In this document: piece by piece, positions 60,314-64,000 of the stretch
Numbering within the stretch: the first letter of the stretch is position 1
How the letters are laid out: each line of letters starts with the position of its first letter
DNA from: Acidobacteriota bacterium
GTDB taxonomy: Bacteria; Acidobacteriota; Terriglobia; Acidiferrales; UBA7541
Direction of reading: 5' to 3'
NCBI GenBank assembly: GCA_023481105.1
Contig: JAMCWK010000110.1
Coordinates: 27,414 to 91,413, forward strand
Length of the DNA: 64,000 nucleotides
Notes under the pieces: generated by a model
The model's input: only the letters and a program-made list of their open reading frames with translations
Told to the model about the DNA's origin: nothing
The model's database searches: none
Position numbers and translations under genes: made by a program

Positions 60314-60547
60314 GTTCTGCTTTCCTGCCAACTTCGCTGGCGGCTGCGACACGAATCAAACGCCCGCGTGACAAATTAGATGCCAGAAGCTCACCGCCCG
60401 ACTAGCTGCAGTTAGGTGTGAAATCACCCCAACATGAGAAAGTGATTGCCTCTTTTCCCTCTCGATGCAGCATGCACCAAAATGAACTCGAAATCCCAGA
60501 TTCTGGAACGGCCCCAAATCCTTGTCCTTGTGCCGATTGTAGCACGC

Positions 60548-60570
60548 AAAAAGCAGGCGGCCCGGGCCTG
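60548..60570 (-). terminator. Weak terminator-like hairpin downstream of the toxin gene
   Basis: Minus-strand RNA reads CAGGC-CCGGGCC-GCCUG followed by CUUUUUG. The stem is short, so confidence is low. Confidence 0.3.
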
Positions 60571-60669
60571 ACCACATGCACGGTGTTCCGAAATTCCATA
60601 CAGCAAGATTAAGTGCACGTCGGAAGCCAAAGCGCTGCGCTTTCCCGCGCGTCGGTAGCGCCGACATGC

Positions 60670-60939
60670 CTAGCGATAGACATCGCGCCGGTGTCCGATT
60701 TTGTAGATTTCGATGACTCGCGCCTCGTCGTCAATGGTGTAAAGGATGCGGTAGTCGCCTTGCCGAACGCGAAAGCCATCCCCAGTAGCTAGCTTGTGGC
60801 AACCCGTGGGCCGCGGACTTTCGCCAAGGCTTTCGATGACACGAACGATGCGTTCCACATCGCGGGAGGGCAAGCGGCGCAGTTCGCGCTCTTCGATGCG
60901 CTTCATGCGGAGTGTGTAAGGGCGGCTTAGGAAGATCAC
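60670..60939 (-). CDS. Type II toxin, RelE/ParE superfamily
   Basis: 89 aa. Contains RELRRLPSRDVERIVRVIESL...RVRQGDYRILYTIDDEARVIEIYKIGHRRDVY, a typical RelE/StbE pattern. The GTG start immediately follows the antitoxin stop. Confidence 0.8.
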   Translation of the reverse strand: MIFLSRPYTLRMKRIEERELRRLPSRDVERIVRVIESLGESPRPTGCHKLATGDGFRVRQGDYRILYTIDDEARVIEIYKIGHRRDVYR

Positions 60940-61173
60940 CTAGCGGATGATGCCGTCCTTTTTCAGATCGCGAAGCACAGCAGCAAACGGGCGGCTCGGC
61001 TCTTTAGCGCGTTTGCGGATCGCTTCAGCGTCCATGGCGTCTTCGGCAAGGCTGAGCGCCAGCGCTTCATTCACCAATTCCGAAAGTGCGCGGTCAGTGA
61101 GCGCAGATTTCAATTTCAGCGCGCGAAAAAGCTTTGTTTTCAAATATACGGTAGTTCTCTGAGTGTCAGCCAT
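60940..61173 (-). CDS. Ribbon-helix-helix-type antitoxin
   Basis: 77 aa. The N-terminal beta-strand/helix pattern TTVYLKTKLFRALKLKSALTDRALSELVNEAL is typical of RHH antitoxins. It lies directly upstream of the toxin. Confidence 0.7.
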   Translation of the reverse strand: MADTQRTTVYLKTKLFRALKLKSALTDRALSELVNEALALSLAEDAMDAEAIRKRAKEPSRPFAAVLRDLKKDGIIR

Positions 61174-61188
61174 GGTACCCCTTCAGCG

Positions 61189-61226
61189 GCACTATAGCAC
61201 TATAACGTCAAAACGTCAAAACGTCA
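61189..61226. repeat. Tandem 8-mers: GCACTATA x2 followed by ACGTCAAA x2.75
   Basis: Read directly from the sequence. The repeats fill almost the whole gap between the lolC/E stop (61231) and the antitoxin ATG (61173). Confidence 0.9.
61191..61219 (-). promoter_or_regulatory. Candidate promoter of the toxin-antitoxin pair, built from the 8-mer repeats
   Basis: On the minus strand: -35 TTGACG (61219-61214), a 17-nt spacer, then -10 TATAGT (61196-61191). Duplicate -35-like and -10-like hexamers arise from the repeats. Confidence 0.45.
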
Positions 61227-61230
61227 CTCT

Positions 61231-62469
61231 TCATTCAAAGCGTAGCAACTGCGCCGGAAGGATCCGCGACGCCGCGCGCGCGGGATAGTACGTGGCCAGC
61301 ACGCTGATGAGCAGCGTCGCCGCCACAATCCACAGCGCGTCGAGCGCGCTGGCATGAAAGGGCACGTATGGAACGGCATAGATTTGCGGATCGAGGCGAA
61401 TCCAGCGGCCCGCGTCCGCCGCCCAAGCGAGCGAATAGCCAAGCGCCAGTCCGATGGTCATGCCGAACGCGCCCACGGCGAGGCCTTGCCAGATAAAAAT
61501 GTTGCGGATTTGTTCGCGGCGCGCGCCCATGGACATCAGCACCGCAATGTCGCGCGCTTTGTCGGAAACGGTCAGGGCCAGCACCACAAGAATGTTCAGA
61601 CCGGCGACAAATGTAATCAGCCCGATGAAAATCGCCGTGACCAGTTTTTCCAGGCGTAGCGCACGGAACAGCGCGCGGTTTTGGTCCATCCACGTGCTGA
61701 CGGAGTAGCCCGGCCCGGCCACACGCAGAATTTCCTGCGCCATTTCATCCGTGCGGTCCAGTTGAGCGATGCGGAATTCGAGCACGCCGGCCAGGTCCGA
61801 CGTGCCCGCGAGGCCTTGCGCCGAAGCCAGCGTGACAAATCCCCAGTTGGCGTCGTAGTCGTAGAATCCGGAATCAAAAATCGCCGTCACGCGAAATCGC
61901 CGCGTGCGCGGCACCATGCCAAACGGTGTCAGACGCCCCTGCGGGCTGGTCAGCGTGACGTATCCGCCGGCGGCAATGGCAAGCTCCTGCGCCAGCGTGT
62001 GGCCGATGAGAATCGCTTCGATGCCGTCGGCGTCGGGAGCAAAGTCCAGCGCGCCCTTCCCTGCTCCCCCGGCGAGGCGATTCAGAATTTCGTTGGATTG
62101 CTTTTCGAGTGCGGGATCTATTCCCTTCACCATCAAGCCGCGCGCTCTACCTCCGGAAGAAAGCAGGACGGTCTGATAAATGGCAGGCGCCGCCGCACGC
62201 ACGCCGGGAAGCGCACGCAGCTTTTCAAGTAGCGCGCGATAGTCGGAAATTCCTCCAGCGGACGTGCGCGTCAAGTTGATGTGCGCGGTGACGCCGAGCA
62301 GGCGATCTTGCAGCGTCTTGCGAAAGCCGGCGTTCATCGCCAGCGCCACCACCAGCGTGCCCACTCCTGCCGCGACCCCGAGAACCGCGAACAGAGTAAT
62401 CAAGCGCAGCACAGTCGGCTTGTTGGGGGAGCGCAAGTAGCGCAGCGCGACCATCCATTCGAATTTCAT
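61231..62469 (-). CDS. Lipoprotein-releasing system permease LolC/LolE (FtsX-like)
   Basis: 412 aa. Contains [14 protein letters not shown], a periplasmic domain, and C-terminal FtsX helices ([10 protein letters not shown]). The start overlaps the lysS stop by 4 nt. Confidence 0.85.
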   Translation of the reverse strand: MKFEWMVALRYLRSPNKPTVLRLITLFAVLGVAAGVGTLVVALAMNAGFRKTLQDRLLGVTAHINLTRTSAGGISDYRALLEKLRALPGVRAAAPAIYQTVLLSSGGRARGLMVKGIDPALEKQSNEILNRLAGGAGKGALDFAPDADGIEAILIGHTLAQELAIAAGGYVTLTSPQGRLTPFGMVPRTRRFRVTAIFDSGFYDYDANWGFVTLASAQGLAGTSDLAGVLEFRIAQLDRTDEMAQEILRVAGPGYSVSTWMDQNRALFRALRLEKLVTAIFIGLITFVAGLNILVVLALTVSDKARDIAVLMSMGARREQIRNIFIWQGLAVGAFGMTIGLALGYSLAWAADAGRWIRLDPQIYAVPYVPFHASALDALWIVAATLLISVLATYYPARAASRILPAQLLRFE

Positions 62470-64000
62470 TTTTTCTCGTCGGCGGGCGACTCCGCGGACG
62501 CAGCCGGCGCTTCCGGCCGCATCAGCGGGAACAGAATGACGTCGCGGATGGAGTGCGAATTCGTCAACAGCATGGTCAGGCGGTCAATGCCCACGCCTTC
62601 GCCGGCCGTGGGCGGCAGGCCGTGGCAGAGCGCGCGGATGTAGTCGAGGTCGAGTTCCTTGGGCACTTCGTCCCCGCCACGAGCGATCTGTTCGCGGAAG
62701 CGGCGCTCCTGCTCTTCAGGATCGTTGAGCTCGGAGAAGCCGTTGCCCAGTTCGAGGCCGCCGGCAAAAAACTCGAAACGCTCGACGAGCGACGGATCGT
62801 CATCGCGCTGCTTGGAAAGCGGCGAGATGTCCGTCGGAAAATCGAAAATGAACGTCGGCTGGATGAGCTGGTCTTCGGCAACGTGCTCGAACAGCAGCGC
62901 GGTGCAGAAGCCGTCCGAAGCGCCGCTGGGCACGTGCGCCAGGTCCTTTCCCTTTGCCGCGGCCCACTTGTTGTAACGCTCGATGTTCGCCGCAGGGCCG
63001 CCCGGTTTCGCAAGCTCGGCGGGCGTGGGAACTGCGCCGGCTTCCGCGGGCCAATATTTGCAGATGGCCTCGCGCATGGAAAGCCGCTGCCACTTGGAAA
63101 AGTCCACCGTGTGCTCGCCGAATGGAATGGAAGTCGAGCCGCAGACTTTCTGCACCACGCCGGTGATGAGCTCCTCGGTCAAGTCCATCAACTCGCGGAA
63201 ATCGCTGTAAGCCTGGTAGAACTCGAGCATGGTGAATTCCGGGTTGTGCTGCGTGGAAATGCCTTCGTTGCGGAAGTTGCGGTTGATTTCGTACACGCGG
63301 TCGAGCCCGCCGACCACCAGGCGCTTCAGATACAGCTCCGGCGCGATGCGCAGGTAGAGGTTGATGTCCAGCGTGTTGTGATGGGTGATGAACGGGCGCG
63401 CGGTGGCGCCGCCGGCGATGCGATGCATCATCGGCGTCTCCACCTCGATGTAGCTGCGCCCGTCGAAGAAGCTGCGGATTGCGCGGATGATTTCCGCGCG
63501 CTTGATAAAAATGTCGCGGACCTCTTTGTTGGACAGCAGGTCCAGATAGCGCTGGCGGTAGCGCAGCTCGACGTCGGACAGCCCGTGCCACTTTTCGGGC
63601 AACGGCAACAAGGACTTCGTGAGCAGGGTGAGCTTCTCCACCCACACGGAGAGCTCGTCAGTCTTGGTGCGAAAGAGGTGTCCCTCGACGCCGATGATGT
63701 CGCCGAGATCCAGCAAGCGGAAAAGCTCGAACGCTTTCTCGCCGACAATGTCGAGCTTGACGTAAATCTGCAGCCGGCCGCCCTGGGCTTGCAAATGCGC
63801 GAAGCCCGCTTTGCCCATCAAGCGCAGGGTCATGATGCGCCCCGCGAGGCGCACGGGAACTTTGCCCGCTTCCAGCGCGTCTTTCGTGCTCGCACCGTAG
63901 CGATCCACGATTTCTGCGACGGTGTGGGAAGATACGAAGCGATGCGGATAGGGATCGTGGCCGAGCGCGGCAAGCTCTTTCAGCTTTTTCTGGCGCTGGA
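62466..64000 (-). CDS. lysS: Lysine--tRNA ligase, class II (5' end beyond window)
   Basis: OB-fold ([22 protein letters not shown]), motif 2 ([26 protein letters not shown]) and motif 3 ([11 protein letters not shown]). The frame stays open to the window edge (...[21 protein letters not shown]). Confidence 0.9.
   Translation of the reverse strand, partial: QRQKKLKELAALGHDPYPHRFVSSHTVAEIVDRYGASTKDALEAGKVPVRLAGRIMTLRLMGKAGFAHLQAQGGRLQIYVKLDIVGEKAFELFRLLDLGDIIGVEGHLFRTKTDELSVWVEKLTLLTKSLLPLPEKWHGLSDVELRYRQRYLDLLSNKEVRDIFIKRAEIIRAIRSFFDGRSYIEVETPMMHRIAGGATARPFITHHNTLDINLYLRIAPELYLKRLVVGGLDRVYEINRNFRNEGISTQHNPEFTMLEFYQAYSDFRELMDLTEELITGVVQKVCGSTSIPFGEHTVDFSKWQRLSMREAICKYWPAEAGAVPTPAELAKPGGPAANIERYNKWAAAKGKDLAHVPSGASDGFCTALLFEHVAEDQLIQPTFIFDFPTDISPLSKQRDDDPSLVERFEFFAGGLELGNGFSELNDPEEQERRFREQIARGGDEVPKELDLDYIRALCHGLPPTAGEGVGIDRLTMLLTNSHSIRDVILFPLMRPEAPAASAESPADEKK

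Noticed and set aside
57323-60379. 1018-aa ORF on the plus strand
   Set aside because: It is antisense to clpC and lolD, both of which have clear Walker motifs on the minus strand. It is a spurious long frame.
60356-60667. 103-aa minus-strand ORF, and other 60-70-aa ORFs, in the gap between the toxin gene and lolD
   Set aside because: The sequence is Cys/His/Trp-rich and not protein-like. There is no Shine-Dalgarno sequence and no family resemblance. I treat it as non-coding (see the finding on this region).

Overview
This is a high-GC bacterial chromosomal segment. The protein repertoire looks Acidobacteriota-like, but that is an inference I cannot verify without a search. I support about 59 CDS, tightly packed and mostly housekeeping.

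Main gene groups:
- The conserved rimP-nusA-infB-DUF503-rbfA-truB operon.
- An envelope block on the minus strand: lysS, lolC/E, lolD, clpC, bamA, skp.
- LPS-core genes: a heptose kinase and a GT9 heptosyltransferase.
- feoAB and a Fur-family regulator.
- Individual enzymes: ggt, asnS, arginase, ddl, trxB, a GH57 glucan enzyme, and a two-gene MetE-like pair.

I saw no rRNA, tRNA, CRISPR array, transposase or integrase.

I did not find a clear multi-gene novel system such as a defence island. The most unusual items are:
1. An orphan secretin-family gene with a complete seven-blade FG-GAP propeller embedded inside its channel domain (38970-41888).
2. A 1499-aa multi-domain lipoprotein sitting between bamA and skp. 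It carries five copies of an unrecognised ~65-aa module, one of them apparently nested inside an Ig-like domain (49582-54081).
3. A type III polyketide synthase tightly followed by a CuA-type cupredoxin, divergent from an Rrf2 regulator (26846-29014).
4. A RelE/ParE-RHH toxin-antitoxin pair plus ~320 bp of lower-GC non-coding DNA inserted between lolC/E and lolD. Its promoter is built from tandem 8-mers.
5. A sequence motif shared by the fur and feoAB promoters.
6. A promoter followed by an intrinsic terminator in the rimP-nusA-infB leader.

All product calls come from motif and family recognition by eye on the supplied translations. No database search was possible.
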